Of a DNA stretch of 64,000 nt, positions 11,407 to 23,812 are shown one piece after another. The notes under the pieces were generated by a model, which searched no databases, was not told the DNA's origin, and saw only the letters and a program-made list of their open reading frames with translations. The DNA lies in the NCBI RefSeq assembly GCF_006345805.1, contig NC_042998.1, forward strand, positions 187,488,001-187,552,000. Reading direction: 5' to 3'. The position numbers were made by a program, and so were the translations under genes. The DNA is from Octopus sinensis. Lineage: Eukaryota. Numbering within the stretch: position 1 is the first letter of the stretch; each line of letters starts with the position of its first letter.

Positions 11407-12820
11407 TATGTACATATGTATATATGATGCTCTATATAGAAATAACTACAGGGGTATTAAACTGCTGGATCAGGTGATGAAGGTCACAGAGAGGGTCATA
11501 GTCCATCTCATTAGGGAGAGAGTCTGCTTAGATGAGATGCAGTTCGGTTTTGTTCTGGGTAGAAACACCACTGATGCCATATTCCTGGTTCGACAACTGC
11601 AGGAGAAGTACCTAGCTAAAGATAAATCCCTCTACTTAGCTTTTGTGGACTTGGAGAAAGCCTTTGACAGGGTCCCCCGATCCCTTATCTGGTGGGCAAT
11701 GCGGAAACTGGAGATTGATGAATGGTTGATAAGGGCTGTACAGGCCCTATAGAAAGGCCGTTAGTAAGGTTAGGATTGGCTACAAGTATAGTGAAGAATT
11801 CCAGGTAGAAGTAGGGGTCCACCAAGGATCAGCCCTCAGTCCCCTTTTATTCATTGTAGTCCTCCAGGCAATAGCAGGAACTCAAGACGGGTGCCCCTGT
11901 GAGCTCCTCTATACTGATGACCTGGCCCTCATAGCAGAATCACTACCGGAACTTGTACGACATGTGTGCAAACTGCCATGCTTCACGGTAGTGAAACATG
12001 GGATGTGACTGCAGAGGACATGCGTAGGCTTGAAAGAAATGAAGCTAACATGAAATGCTGGATGTGTAATGTCAGTGTGCCCACACAACAGAGTGTAAGC
12101 ACCCTGAGTGAAATGCTGGACATAAGAAGCATTGGATGTGGCGTGTAAGAGGGACGTTTGCGCTGGAATGGTCATGTACTACGGATGGATGAGGAGAGAT
12201 TTTTGAGAAGAATTGCCACTCCCAAACAGTTGAAGGAATCTGGGGTAGAGGTAGACCCAGGAAGACATGGGATGAGGTGGTCAAGCATGACCTTTGAATG
12301 TTGGGCCTCACAGAGGCAATGACGAAAGACTGAGATCTCTGGAGATATGCTGTGACTGCAAAGACCCGACAAATAATGTGAGTTCATGGCTGTTTCCTGC
12401 ACCAGTTTCGCATAGCCCCAGCCCATCCAAAGAACTTTAGATTGCAGAACGACCTGCTGTGCTTACCTTGGATCATTAGGTGATCTACTGTGCTTGAGGA
12501 GACCTATTGAGTCAAGTACATCAACATCAAAATAAAAATCAAATGGAAATTGTAGTTGCGATACCTGTGCCGTTGGCACGTAAAAAGCACCAAGTGATCG
12601 TGGCCACTGCCAGCTTCCCCTGGCACCTGTGCCGGTGGAACGTAAAAACAACACCCACTACACGCATGGAGTGGTTGGCGTTAGGAAGGGCATCCAGCTG
12701 TAGAAACACTGCCAGATCAGACTGGAGACTGGTGCAGCCTCCTGGCTTCCCAGACCACGGTTGAACCATCCAACCCATGCTAGCACGGAAAACAGACGTT
12801 AAACGACAATGATGATGATA
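11405..12820 (+). mobile_element. RTE LINE with RT domain fragments, internal deletion and 3' tail
   Basis: NYRGIKLL...QFGF...TTDAIF...AFVDLEKAFDRVP, GVHQGSALSP, LYTDDL; deletion junction near 11950; (GAT)n tail ~12810. Confidence 0.9.
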
Positions 12821-12829
12821 TATATATAT

Positions 12830-13095
12830 ATATAAAGATGAGAATGTGTGTATGTGTCTGTCTGTCTGTGTGAATCCCTAAAACTTGAGAACTACACAAC
12901 CGATTTCATTCAAATTTTACACATGCCTTACTTAGAATCCATGTAAGTGTCATGGGCCAAAAAATTTTAACTTCTTGCCTAGTGAGAGCCCACAGCAATA
13001 TCATATCTTCTCTCCTATTTCAGTATTACGTGTCAAAAGTGAAACAATAACATCTCTATTGTAATGTCAGCTACTTTCACTTAAATACTGAAACT
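12830..13095 (+). mobile_element. Probable Helitron-like (HINE) 5' segment
   Basis: TATATAAAGATGAGAATGTGTG...(TCTG)n...CCGATTTCATTCAAATTTT layout typical of non-autonomous Helitron/INE-like heads. Confidence 0.4.
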
Positions 13096-13188
13096 ATTAA
13101 AGTGAAACTATTATCTCACATATATACAGGCATACATACATATATACATATATACATACATACATACATATATATAATATATATATTA

Positions 13189-13241
<53 letters not shown>

Positions 13242-13252
13242 CTGCACAAATG

Positions 13253-13323
<71 letters not shown>

Positions 13324-13325
<2 letters not shown>

Positions 13326-13475
13326 CATATAAGAAGGATGACCTGTAAGTGGACGTCCATTATGCTAGAAGAAGATCCGCTAGGGTCTAACCACTAACAA
13401 AGGAATGGTAAGACCATAGCAGATCTTCTTCTAGCATAATGGATGTCCACTTATAGGTCATCCACCTTATATGTA
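13324..13475. repeat. Near-perfect 152-bp palindromic hairpin (mini-MITE)
   Basis: TACATATAAGAAGGATGACC...GGTCT pairs with AGACC...GGTCATCCACCTTATATGTA; short loop. Confidence 0.85.
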
Positions 13476-13752
13476 TGTAAAATAATTTTTTCTGAAACTT
13501 CAGATTTTCAATATACTACACCACTGGTTTTAAATTGATATTAATCAAATTAATATTCAAATGTTTACCCTTATTATCTTAAATTTAAATTTACATGTAT
13601 ATATATATATAGATGTATATGTATACATGTATATGTGTAGATATATATATATATAGATGTACATGTAATATGTACACATATATATACACATATATACATG
13701 CCTACATATATACACACATACACACACATGCACACACACACACACATATACA

Positions 13753-14035
13753 TAGGTGCAGGTGTGGCTCTGTGGTAACAAACTTGGTTCCAAAACACAT
13801 GGTCCTGGATTCAGTCCCACTGTGTGGTGACTTGACATGTGTCTTCTGCTATAGCCTCAGACCAACCAAAGCCTTGTCAGTGGATTTTGTAGACAGAAAC
13901 TGAAAGAAATCAATCATATATATATGTATGTATATATGTAAGTCTATATGTGTGTCTTTGTATTTCTCCCTCATCACTGCTTCACAACTGCTGTTCGTTT
14001 ATTTACATCCACATAACTTACTGGTTTCAAAAGAA
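13753..14035 (+). mobile_element. SINE family A, degenerate
   Basis: GGTGCAGGTGTGGCTCTGTGGTAAC head and GACCAACCAAAGCCTTG core. Confidence 0.75.
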
Positions 14036-14059
14036 GAAACTGATAGAATAAGTACATTG

Positions 14060-14560
14060 GTTGTTGTGAATGACCATGGGATTGCACCTAGAAATTTACC
14101 CTCCGAGGCACAAGTCTGGGCAAGGTTGTTTATGGAAGACCAGCAGTCACCCACGCATACCAGCCTCCCCTCTCCATGCCACCGATGTTATCCAAGGGAA
14201 AGTCAAAGTGGGCCGATACAGCTTGGCACCATTGACGTCGCAGCTCATTTATTAACATGCGAGCGGATGAGCACTCCACAGACATGTGTACCCTTAACGT
14301 AGTCAAGAAGATTCGGTGTGACACAGAGTGTGACAAGGCTGGCCCTTTGAAATACAGGTACAACAGAAACAGGATGAAAAAGTGAGAGAAACTTGTGGTG
14401 AAAGAGTACAGCAGGGTTCACCACAACCCACTGCCGGAGCCTTGTGGAGTTTTAGGTGTTTTCGTTCAATAAACACTCACAATGCCCATTCTAGGAATTG
14501 AAACCACAATCCTTCAACCACGAGTTCGTTGCCCTAACCACTGGGTCATTGCACCTCCAG
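14060..14560 (-). mobile_element. Two adjacent tRNA-derived SINEs (families C and D)
   Basis: 14060-14240 matches the 3' half of 54467-54805; 14240-14560 matches 24500-24881, both reversed. Confidence 0.75.
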
Positions 14561-14749
14561 AATAAGTACCAGGCTTATCAAAATAAAAAAAAAGCATCGT
14601 AGCTGCAGCGTATTTGCCTTTAGCAGTTAAAATATGGGACAAACATATTTCAACTAACCTAAATTGTGATTATACATAAACACTGCTTAGCGCCTTTACT
14701 CCGATAATTATAAATATATATATATATGTTTATATATATGTATATATAT

Positions 14750-14963
14750 TTATATATGTATGTATGTATGTATGAATGTATGTATGTATGTATGTATTTG
14801 TATGTATGTATGTATGTATGTATTTGTATGTATGTATGTATGTATGTATGTATGTATTTGTATGTATGTATGTATGTATGTATTTGTATGTATGTATTTG
14901 TATGTATGTATGTATGTATGTATGTATGTATGTATGTATTTGTATGTATGTATGTATGTATGT
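14750..14963. repeat. (TATG)n microsatellite with TTTG interruptions
   Basis: Seen directly; source of the MYVC ORFs. Confidence 0.95.
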
Positions 14964-15430
14964 AAGTTCAGTAAAAATTTAGATTCAGTCGAATATGGTA
15001 CTTAAGTTAAAGGCAGCAGAATTTGATACAGTATTATCCATATAATTCAAGGTGGGGTGATTATAATCAAATTAAGCAACAAGGATATCCAGAGTAAATC
15101 TAAATAGCAAAGTAAAATCAATGATAAGCAGTATCTCCATGAAAAAATATTAATTATTACCATGTTTCTGTTGAAACGTGTTTCTCTGTCTACCTACTTA
15201 CCCTCTTTGTAATGTTGGTAAATGGAATAAGTATAAAAAGGAGTCTTTTCAATTTAACTAAATTCTATATTTATATGCAACTGAAGATTGCTCTGCATTT
15301 TAAAACTGATGTAATACTTGCATGTGTTAAATTAAATGGAGTTGCGTGAAACAATCGTACTGCATTACCTTTGGATATCCTTATTGCTTACTTTGATTAT
15401 ATATATATATATACACACACACACATACAT

Positions 15431-15665
15431 GAAGGTGCATGGCTTAGTGGTTAGGGTGTTGCACTCACGCTCTAGTGATCATGATTTCAATTCCTAGACC
15501 AGGTGGTGCATTGTGTTCTTGAGCAAAACACTTCTTCACATGTTGCTCTGCAATCACATTGACACCTGATGTGTGGTACACCGTGCACCTGTTCAGAAAA
15601 CATTGATTTGATGGAAAGAGTGAGCTAATGTGTGGTACAAACATTTGATCACTATAAACAAGTCA
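15431..15665 (+). mobile_element. tRNA-derived SINE (family C variant)
   Basis: GAAGGTGCATGGCTTAGTGGTTAGG A-box-like start and GATTTCAATTCC B-box-like motif. Confidence 0.7.
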
Positions 15666-15776
15666 TTTGTGCTGGCTATTCAGCAAAAGCTGAAAACTCA
15701 TATGTTGTCTTTGATGGAAGAGTCAATCATATATATATATATATTATATATATATATAATATATATATATATATAT

Positions 15777-15869
<93 letters not shown>

Positions 15870-15907
15870 TATATATATTTATATATATATATATTTATAT
15901 ATATATA

Positions 15908-15955
<48 letters not shown>

Positions 15956-15994
15956 AAAACGGACGTTAAATGATGATGATGATGATGATGATGA

Positions 15995-16031
<37 letters not shown>

Positions 16032-16272
16032 CACACACACATGTATGCATACATATACGTTTGCTGCTTTTCTTTACACGAAATGAGAATATACATTATG
16101 GAACTGTTATTTTAACAAGTTATATCTATTTATCACCCAAAGAGAGACATCTGCACCATTGGATGCTCCTGAACCAGTTGTTAAGTATGCCACCTGTGAG
16201 GAATTGATGCTTGATGTATTGAAACAATTGTAGTGATTAATAAAAATTCTCTTGTCTTCCTTCTTTCATTTA

Positions 16273-16304
<32 letters not shown>

Positions 16305-16310
<6 letters not shown>

Positions 16311-16605
16311 TCACCATCATCATTTAGCGTCTGCTTTCCATGCTAGCAGGGGTTGGACAGTTCAACTGGGGTCTGGGAAGCCAGAAGGCTGCACCAGGCC
16401 CAGTCTGATCTAGCAATGTTTCTACGGCTGGATGCCCTTCCTAATGCCAACCACTCCGTGAGTGTAGTGGGTGCTTTTTACGTGCCACCGGCACAGGTGT
16501 CAGACGAGGCTGGCAAATGGCCATGAACGGATGGTGCTTTTTACGTGCCACCAGCACTGGTATCACAGCTGCAATTTCCATTGATGTTGATCGATTTTGA
16601 TTCTC
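16305..16605 (-). mobile_element. RTE 3' tail fragment
   Basis: (CAT)n plus the TTTCCATGCTAGC...CTGGATGCCCTTCCTAATGCCAACCAC block. Confidence 0.8.
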
Positions 16606-16839
16606 ATATATCACACATATATATATTCTTAACTATTACAAAGTAAAGGTTGACAGTGACTTTGAAGTTTCAGCTTGCTTACCTTCATAAGATTGATAAA
16701 GGCAAGCAAATCAAAACTTTTATGTCACTGTCAATTTTTTCCTTATAAAAGTTTAAAATGTAGTCAGTAATCCTTTAGTTTAAATTGTTTTTATATATAA
16801 CTTGATATAAAATAAAACATTATATATATATATATATAC

Positions 16840-17170
16840 ACTGGAGTTGAACTAGGGACAGCTGATGAAGGGGATTTTTCCTTGTGTAGTTGTCTTGTAC
16901 TCTGTTTTTTCGTTGTTAAAAAAATGGTCCGTTCCATGCTGTTTTTACGTTTTCGTTTCTCGTTGAGTTCTACGTCTGTTTGTGGTGTCCTGTACACACG
17001 TATATATATTTATATATGCATGTATATATACATGTAGATGTAGGTATGTACATATATGTTTGTATGTATGCATATATTTTATTTATTACACTGTTGTATG
17101 ACTGAGCGCCTTCGCGTCGATTCGATTCGATTCGTTTGGTTTCGTTTCGTTTCTTCTTCTTCTCTAAGCT
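16840..17170. mobile_element. Probable Penelope-like terminal-repeat relic
   Basis: GACAGCTGATGAAGGGGATTTTTCCTT start and T-rich body; resemblance only. Confidence 0.35.
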
Positions 17171-18314
17171 GGTTTATATATATATATATATATGAACACA
17201 CACACACACACATATACATATACAATATACATACATATGTACATACATATTTAGACATATATTCATCTCTATCACTATTAATCTATCACTTTCCCTCTCT
17301 TATTCAATCTCCTTGTCAAGTTAACACCACATGAAAAATGACCTCTATTACTATTATCCCACACCCAACACTTGCATTTTTTATGCTTGTAATGTTTCCT
17401 TGTACCATTAAATCCAGATAAATGTATAATAGATATCTTTGCATAACAACAGGCACTATTTACCATAGTAACAAATATATTGCCATAGTGATAAGTTTCA
17501 AGAAACTGATGGAATACCAACCAGAGCTGTGATAAATAAAGTATTCTTTGAAACAACATAACAGAAATAACAAAACAAAAAAATGGGTTAAATTTTTTTG
17601 TTTTGAATTGTTGTTTTTGCCTGAAAACTGCCATCGAAAAGATGATGCTTGGTATGTGTTGTGTTGACTCTGGCATCACCAAGTTAACAATGCTAATCAG
17701 CAAAGATAATGCTACTACTAATAACTAGTGAAATATGTAAGTTGGTCTATTATCAATGGTAGCCCTCAAAGACTTCAGATTAGCAACACAAACCAACAGA
17801 AACATATAGGATTAATCAGAAACAATACCCAATAAGACCTCAAACTAATGAGCTAGTGGGGGGGGGGTTTATACAGTTGTTTGACCTACAAGAAAAGCAA
17901 CCTCATCTCCCTCAAATTTAGCCCAGCTGACCTAGAAAAATAAAGGATACATTAGCTAATTTGGTCCTAGATATACTATGTCTGAAAAAATGATGTGATA
18001 GCCATAGCTGGAACATCATTATATATTTGTATGGTCAAAGCTTACCTGAAGCTAAAAAAATCAACACCCACCACAAATCTGCAGAGTTAACCTCATCCAA
18101 CACCAATCACTAAGAATTGATAGCTAATAGTAGCCACACTAAATATGTACATTTGCCTACTAAAATTATTCACTGGGCTACTCATTAACTCGCTACACTA
18201 GCAACTATATATGTATAAAGCAACATAAGGAATATATTAGTTTCAAGTTTTAGCAGAAGGCCGGCAAATTCAGGGGAGAGGGTAAACCAATTACATTGAC
18301 CCTAGTGTTCAACT

Positions 18315-18532
18315 GGCAGAAATGTTAGCACACCGGGCGAAATGCTTTGCAGTATTTCTTCTGCCGCTACGTTCTGAGTTCAAATTCTGCCGAGGTCGAC
18401 TTTGCCTTTCATCCTTTCGGGGTTGATAAATTAAGTGCCTGTTACGCACTGGGGTCGATGTAATTGACTTAATCCGTTTGTCTGTCCTTGTTTGTCCCCT
18501 CTGTGTTTAGCCCCTTGTGGGTAGTAAAGAAA
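18315..18532 (+). mobile_element. tRNA-derived SINE family B (Meta-domain-like core)
   Basis: GGCAGAAATGTTAGCAC...GAGTTCAAATTC...GCCTTTCATCCTTTCGGGG...AGTAAAGAAA. Confidence 0.85.
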
Positions 18533-19394
18533 TTGGTACTTATTTTATTGACCCTGAAAGGATGAAAAGCAAAATCAACCTCAGCAGAATTGAAACTCAG
18601 TGTATATATTTATAATATAGTTGATGAGCAAAGTAAAGTTGTAATTGTTTAATTTGTTAAAGTGATGTTTTATTTCGACAGGACAATTAATCTATCAAAC
18701 TAGTTGTTTCATTTCCATTCAACATTTTGTTTATTGAGCAGGCTGTGTTTTTTTTTCCCATGTAACATTTAATCAATAAAATTAGCAGCTTTTGTATATG
18801 ATCATCATTATTTTAATATTCACTTTTCTATGCTTGTATGGGTTGGGTAGAATTCATTGAGGCAGATTTTCTACAGCTGAATGGACAACATTCTTATCAC
18901 CAAACCCCTCACCTGTTTCCAAGCAAGGTAATGTTTCCACAAAGCCAGATATGTTTTCCACAGACTATTGGAAATGGTTGACACTGCTTGTATGACAGCG
19001 ACACCAATTTACAACTATCATGTGATGTCAATACAAGGAGACACATACAAATGCATACATATTTAACAGGCTTCTTTCAGTTTTGGTTAATCCAGAGCTA
19101 TAGTAGAAGACACTTGCCCAAGGTACCACACAGTAGGACTGTATCCAAAACAAGTGGCTAGGAAGGAAATAGATGACTGATTTCACATTTTTCATTTCAC
19201 TGTTGTTAATAAGGAAAGGTTAAGATGCTACAAAAGTAATTGATGAGCAGTGCTCATCAGTTACTTTTGGATAGGATCAATTACCTATCCAACAAAATAC
19301 ACACACATGCACAGAATTACCTTCCACTAGGGGGCTGCACCTCTGAAAAACCTAAACCTTATGTATAATACACACCTCTTCTCTAACTTGAGTC

Positions 19395-19503
19395 AAGGAG
19401 GTCTATATAACGTCCTTGGTTTATAAAAATGTATACGGTAACGTCCTTCAGCATATGATATAACTTCAAGTTTAAACATAGCTGAATAAGATTTACGAGG
19501 CAT
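19395..19503 (-). mobile_element. pogo-family transposase N-terminal relic
   Basis: ATG at 19503 gives MPRKSYSAMFKLEVISYAE, a Brinker-like DNA-binding start typical of pogo transposases. Confidence 0.6.
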
Positions 19504-19752
19504 TTTATGGGCATGTAATGTATAAAATGTTTTATTGGAGATTAATGTACAGGTTTAAGTTCTGCTTATAAAAAACCCTAGTAAAGAACCACAGTAGTTT
19601 GAACATTTAATACTGGTATTTAATTAAGTATCTATTGTTTGCCACAGTAATGATGCAATCTGCCAATACAAACAGCAGGATGAACTATTTAGAGCTAAAC
19701 TATTAAGCACAATTTGTGCATAATTAAGCCAGCAGCACCTAGTCGCACAAAC

Positions 19753-19767
19753 ACTTCCGCGCATGCG
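19753..19767. promoter_or_regulatory. Overlapping ETS (ACTTCCG) and NRF1-like (GCGCATGCG) motifs
   Basis: ACTTCCGCGCATGCG in unique, CpG-poor surroundings. Confidence 0.4.
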
Positions 19768-20489
19768 TAATACAAGAATGGTGATGTTCTTAACTGTTAT
19801 ATGGGAATGTAAATATGTTTGCAAATTGTTTTTGTTACATGTTATTCTGTCTTCTGAATACTTTTATTTTAATAAATGTTGCTTACTGCAAGTTATGGAT
19901 GAGTCTTTTATGACTTCATTGCTTTCAGGCTTAGCTGAAGGCATTTTCATGCCCAACATCACAAAATGCATCTGAATAAACATCGCCGGACAGCAAATAG
20001 AAACTCGGACATTGCTTAGAAATTATTTTTCTTTTTAACTTCGTATATAGTATGCACTAGGGATTTTGACCTTTAAATTTTGGAAAAAAATGCAGATTAC
20101 ACTTGAGGATTTATGGTAGATACACACTAGGTTTCTGTGGAGTTAGCTGATAAGAAAGTGGGAGTTAGAGCCCAACAAACCTGCTCAGACAATTCCACTG
20201 TGTAAAAGAATCTGACTGAGTTTCTGTATACACAATGTGAACTGCATCAGGTCACCTGGGTTGTATCTAGACAGAGTATTTGTTTGGTTAGTCGACAGAG
20301 ATTGTATTAGCTGTTCATAATTTCAGTCAGTTGTCAACACAGATATTATCAGTATGTTTAATTTAGAGAGGATAATTAGATATAGACCCAAGTGCTAGAT
20401 ACTGAATGCTTCATTCTTGATAAGCAAAACCTTTCAGCAGTTGAAAGGAATGACTGTCAACAACTGTGAAACGTTGTTGAACAGCTATA

Positions 20490-20897
20490 CTCTTTTCTCT
20501 TTTAGTTGTTTCAGTCATTTGACTGCGGCCATGCTGGAGCACCGCCTTTAATCGAGCAACTCGACCCCGGGACTTATTCTTTTGTAAGCCCAGTACTTAT
20601 TCTATCGGTCTCTTTTGCCGAACCGCTAAGTAACAGGGACATAAACACACCAACATAGGTTGTCAAGCAATGCTAGGGGGACAAACACAGACACACAAAC
20701 ACACACACGCATATATATATATATACATAAATACGACGGGCTTCTTTCAGTTTCCGTCTACCAAATCCACTCACAAGGCTTTGGTCGGCCCGAGGCTATA
20801 GCAAAAGACACTTGCCCAAGGTGCCATGCAGTGGGACTGAACCCAGAACCATGTGGTTGGTAAACAAGCTACTTACCACACAGCCACTCCTGCGCCT
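20490..20897 (-). mobile_element. SINE family A, full composite copy
   Basis: Reverse complement of the 23813-24222 architecture. Confidence 0.9.
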
Positions 20898-21164
20898 ATA
20901 GTTGTATGTAAGATGGAACTCATTATCCTTGGGAAGGAGAAACAATTTTCCTGTCTGAAAACTATTGCAAAAGAGGCAGTATGACTAACATGGCTGAAAT
21001 AATCAAGGACAGACACTCTCCTCTTCAATCATCCAGCATCAATTTCTTTGAGTTCCACTTAAACAGAAAGGTTAGGGTGGAGAGGAAGGTGCTACCATAT
21101 AATAATTTTTTTCAAATATAGATGAGAGTGGTGAGCATGAATGAATTAGCATATTATATTATAT

Positions 21165-21324
21165 ATTAGAGTTGCTGAAGCATGGAATAAACTGCCTGCG
21201 TCAGTTGTTGACTGCCATGACACTGCATCCTTTAAGGCCCTCATGCTTTCCGAAATCCGCCGAAACTACACCTGATTATATATAGACTTTAGATGAGTTG
21301 TAGTGCACCTGAGCACTGTACACA

Positions 21325-21356
<32 letters not shown>
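21165..21356 (+). mobile_element. CR1-like LINE 3' end with (ATT)n tail
   Basis: GTTGCTGAAGCATGGAATAAACTGCC...CACCTGAGCACTGTACAC-(ATT)n; reversed homologue at ~41950-42160. Confidence 0.7.
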
Positions 21357-21358
<2 letters not shown>

Positions 21359-21799
21359 TGGTAGTCTGGGGAGGGCACTTATCCTTAGTAGTCAGATTAA
21401 TGCTAGATCTACAAGATCCTTTAGTTCTGGGGTTGCATACCCAATTTACAGATCTTTACTATGTTGATATTGTATTGTTGTCTGTTGTTGTCATTATTAC
21501 TTTCTGTTTTACCTACTGTAGATCCCTATCCACCCAGTTTTGTATTCCTTCTTTCTGCTGTTCCCAACATCTGGCTTTTGTGATTTATAAACCAAATAAT
21601 TATTATTTAAGTTCAAATCCCTCTGAGGTCACCTTTGCCTTTCATCCTTGCAGGGTCAATAAAAATAAGTGCTGATCAAATACTAGGGCTGACAGTATTA
21701 ACTAATCTCCTCCCCACAAAACTGATGGCCTTCTACTAAAATTTGAAACAATCGTAATCATCAGCATCATCATCAACATCTCTGTTTCTGAACTGCTTT

Positions 21800-23020
21800 G
21801 ACCATAAACAAGCTTCATAAATTTTCTGATAAAAGCAGGAATTTTTATCATTGTAATTGTTTTAGATATTTTAGGAAGAAAAAGGTTTAAAAACTTTCAA
21901 CATTTATTCTTTTTCTTCCTTGTGTGTAGTCACTGGGAGACACAAAAAAGTTTGTCTTTGAGGAATTTAATCTTTTTCCTGTCTAAAATAGTTGTGGCTC
22001 TACTCCACTAAAGTGATGATTCATAATGTCCCACTATATTTAGATTAGTGCATTTTGATGGCAATGACAGAATAATATGGTGAGGCAGCATGTCATCTGT
22101 CTTCCTCTCTTGAGATATGCCTGAAAATTTGGCAGGAGATTCAGGTGCTAAACCCACCTGAAAATATTTATATTTCCAGTCTAGTTACAAAATATGGTGG
22201 TAATAGAAAAGAGCAGGAAACCAAATTGCTTCAATTATGGTGGTGGTATTAACCATCTCTGGCCTTTTATGAAAAAGCAAAGTAATAACTAGAAAATATA
22301 ATTCTACTGCTGCCAACATCAATAACAAATACAACAAGAAAGTTGATGACAACTTGTGCTGCTGCTTTTGTCTTCTACAAAAGCTTCACCTACAAGTGAT
22401 GAAGTTGAGCCATAAAATTCACAATTGATCGGGTCTAAAAGGAGAAAGATGCTCCAAACTTTGAAGATTGGCAGATCTAAAATAACAGGAGAGAGGGTTT
22501 TGAGAGTAAAGGATCTGTCAAATGATGATGAGGAACAATAACAACACAAACAAGCACAGAAAGAACTATAAAGCAATACTAAGAGTGACAACAGAAGCAA
22601 CAAATACTCCTCAATTGTTCTGTGCAAAAAGCAACAATTTCTGTGCGAAGGCAACAAGAATTTGGCAAAATTACAAACATTACAAAAAAACTGAAGCAAA
22701 TAGGGAGAGAACAGAATTAGTCCTCTTTAAAATAGCAAAGGAGACGTACTCCTGGTGAAGACTGACATCAGGGAGAAATCCTCAATGAAAGTGAACTCCT
22801 CATTGGATGTGGGGCAATTTATAAAGATGCCTGCACCCAAAATGCTGAGTGGAGGTCTTTTGGGAAACCCAGAATACACAATGCACTCCATCACCATCCA
22901 TAAGGTAAATGGTTTTCCCCCATCTTCAATTAGACCAATATTGAAAATAGGCTGCTTGAATGCATGTGGACTGAGTGGGTGGGACCAGGAAGTTGTTATT
23001 CGTGACTTGAGAAGTACATA
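21800..23020 (+). mobile_element. Degenerate L1/Tx1-like LINE ORF1 and endonuclease start
   Basis: Decayed zinc-knuckle-like KPNCFNYGGGINH, then LKIGCLNACGL...IRDLRS resembling the APE endonuclease motif I; many stops. Confidence 0.5.
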
Positions 23021-23119
23021 AGTCAAAAACCAGCACTTCATGTTTTATATTCCATTTTTATGTTTACTTCGTGTAGGGTGTAAAATGAGATGTTCAATGT
23101 AAATTATCATATTTACAGA

Positions 23120-23515
23120 CATAGGCGTGGCTGTGTGGTAAGTAGCTTGCTTACGAACCACATGGTTCCGGGTTCAGTTCCACTGCGTGGCACCTTGGGC
23201 AAGTGTCTTCTGCTATAGCCTCGGGCTGACCAAAGCCTTGTGAGTGGATTTGGTAGACGGAAACTGAAAGAAGCCCGTCGTATATATGTATATATATATA
23301 TATATATATGTATGTTTGTTTGTTGTGTTTTCCCCCCTCCCCCAACATCACTTGACAACCGATGCTGGTGTGTTTACGTCCCCATAACTTAGCGGTTCAG
23401 CAAAAGAGACTGATAGAATAAGTACTAGGCTTACAAAGAATTAGTCCTGGGGGCGATTTCCTCGACTAAAGGCGGTGCTCCAGCATGGCCACAGTCAAAT
23501 GACTGAAACAAGTAA
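23120..23515 (+). mobile_element. SINE family A, full composite copy
   Basis: GGCGTGGCTGTGTGGTAAG head through GACTGAAACAAGTAAA tail. Confidence 0.9.
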
Positions 23516-23812
23516 ATGAATGAATGAATAAATGAATATTCACGTGATATTGCTAGATAGAGTTCAATGACAGCTACAAATTTAATTGTTACTGAGATGA
23601 ATGTTAAGTTAGTGAAGCTTCTGTTCTGTATTATCCATTCTTCTAGCTTTGTTTTTCGTGATTATGCATTTGTGATACCTGTTTAGCTTGAGAAGGGGAA
23701 ACATTTCCGAAGGACAACTAAATGCAAACAACTGACCAATTGTGTGGGTGAAGCAAGGTCCTAGCCAAACTTTGAATGTGGAATAATGTAGTGGAAGGTT
23801 TACAAAATGCAA

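Noticed and set aside
13097-16096. Many YI/MYVC/HT-rich ORFs here and elsewhere in the window
   Set aside because: They are translations of (TA)n, (TATG)n and (CA)n microsatellites.
16138-16233. Terminal coding exon ETSAPLDAPEPVVKYATCEELMLDVLKQL*
   Set aside because: Better explained as a decayed HHR-bearing repeat; no recognisable homologue.
16861-16900. CTGATGA plus hairpin as a hammerhead
   Set aside because: Helix II is followed by GTGTAG, not GAAA, so the core is incomplete.
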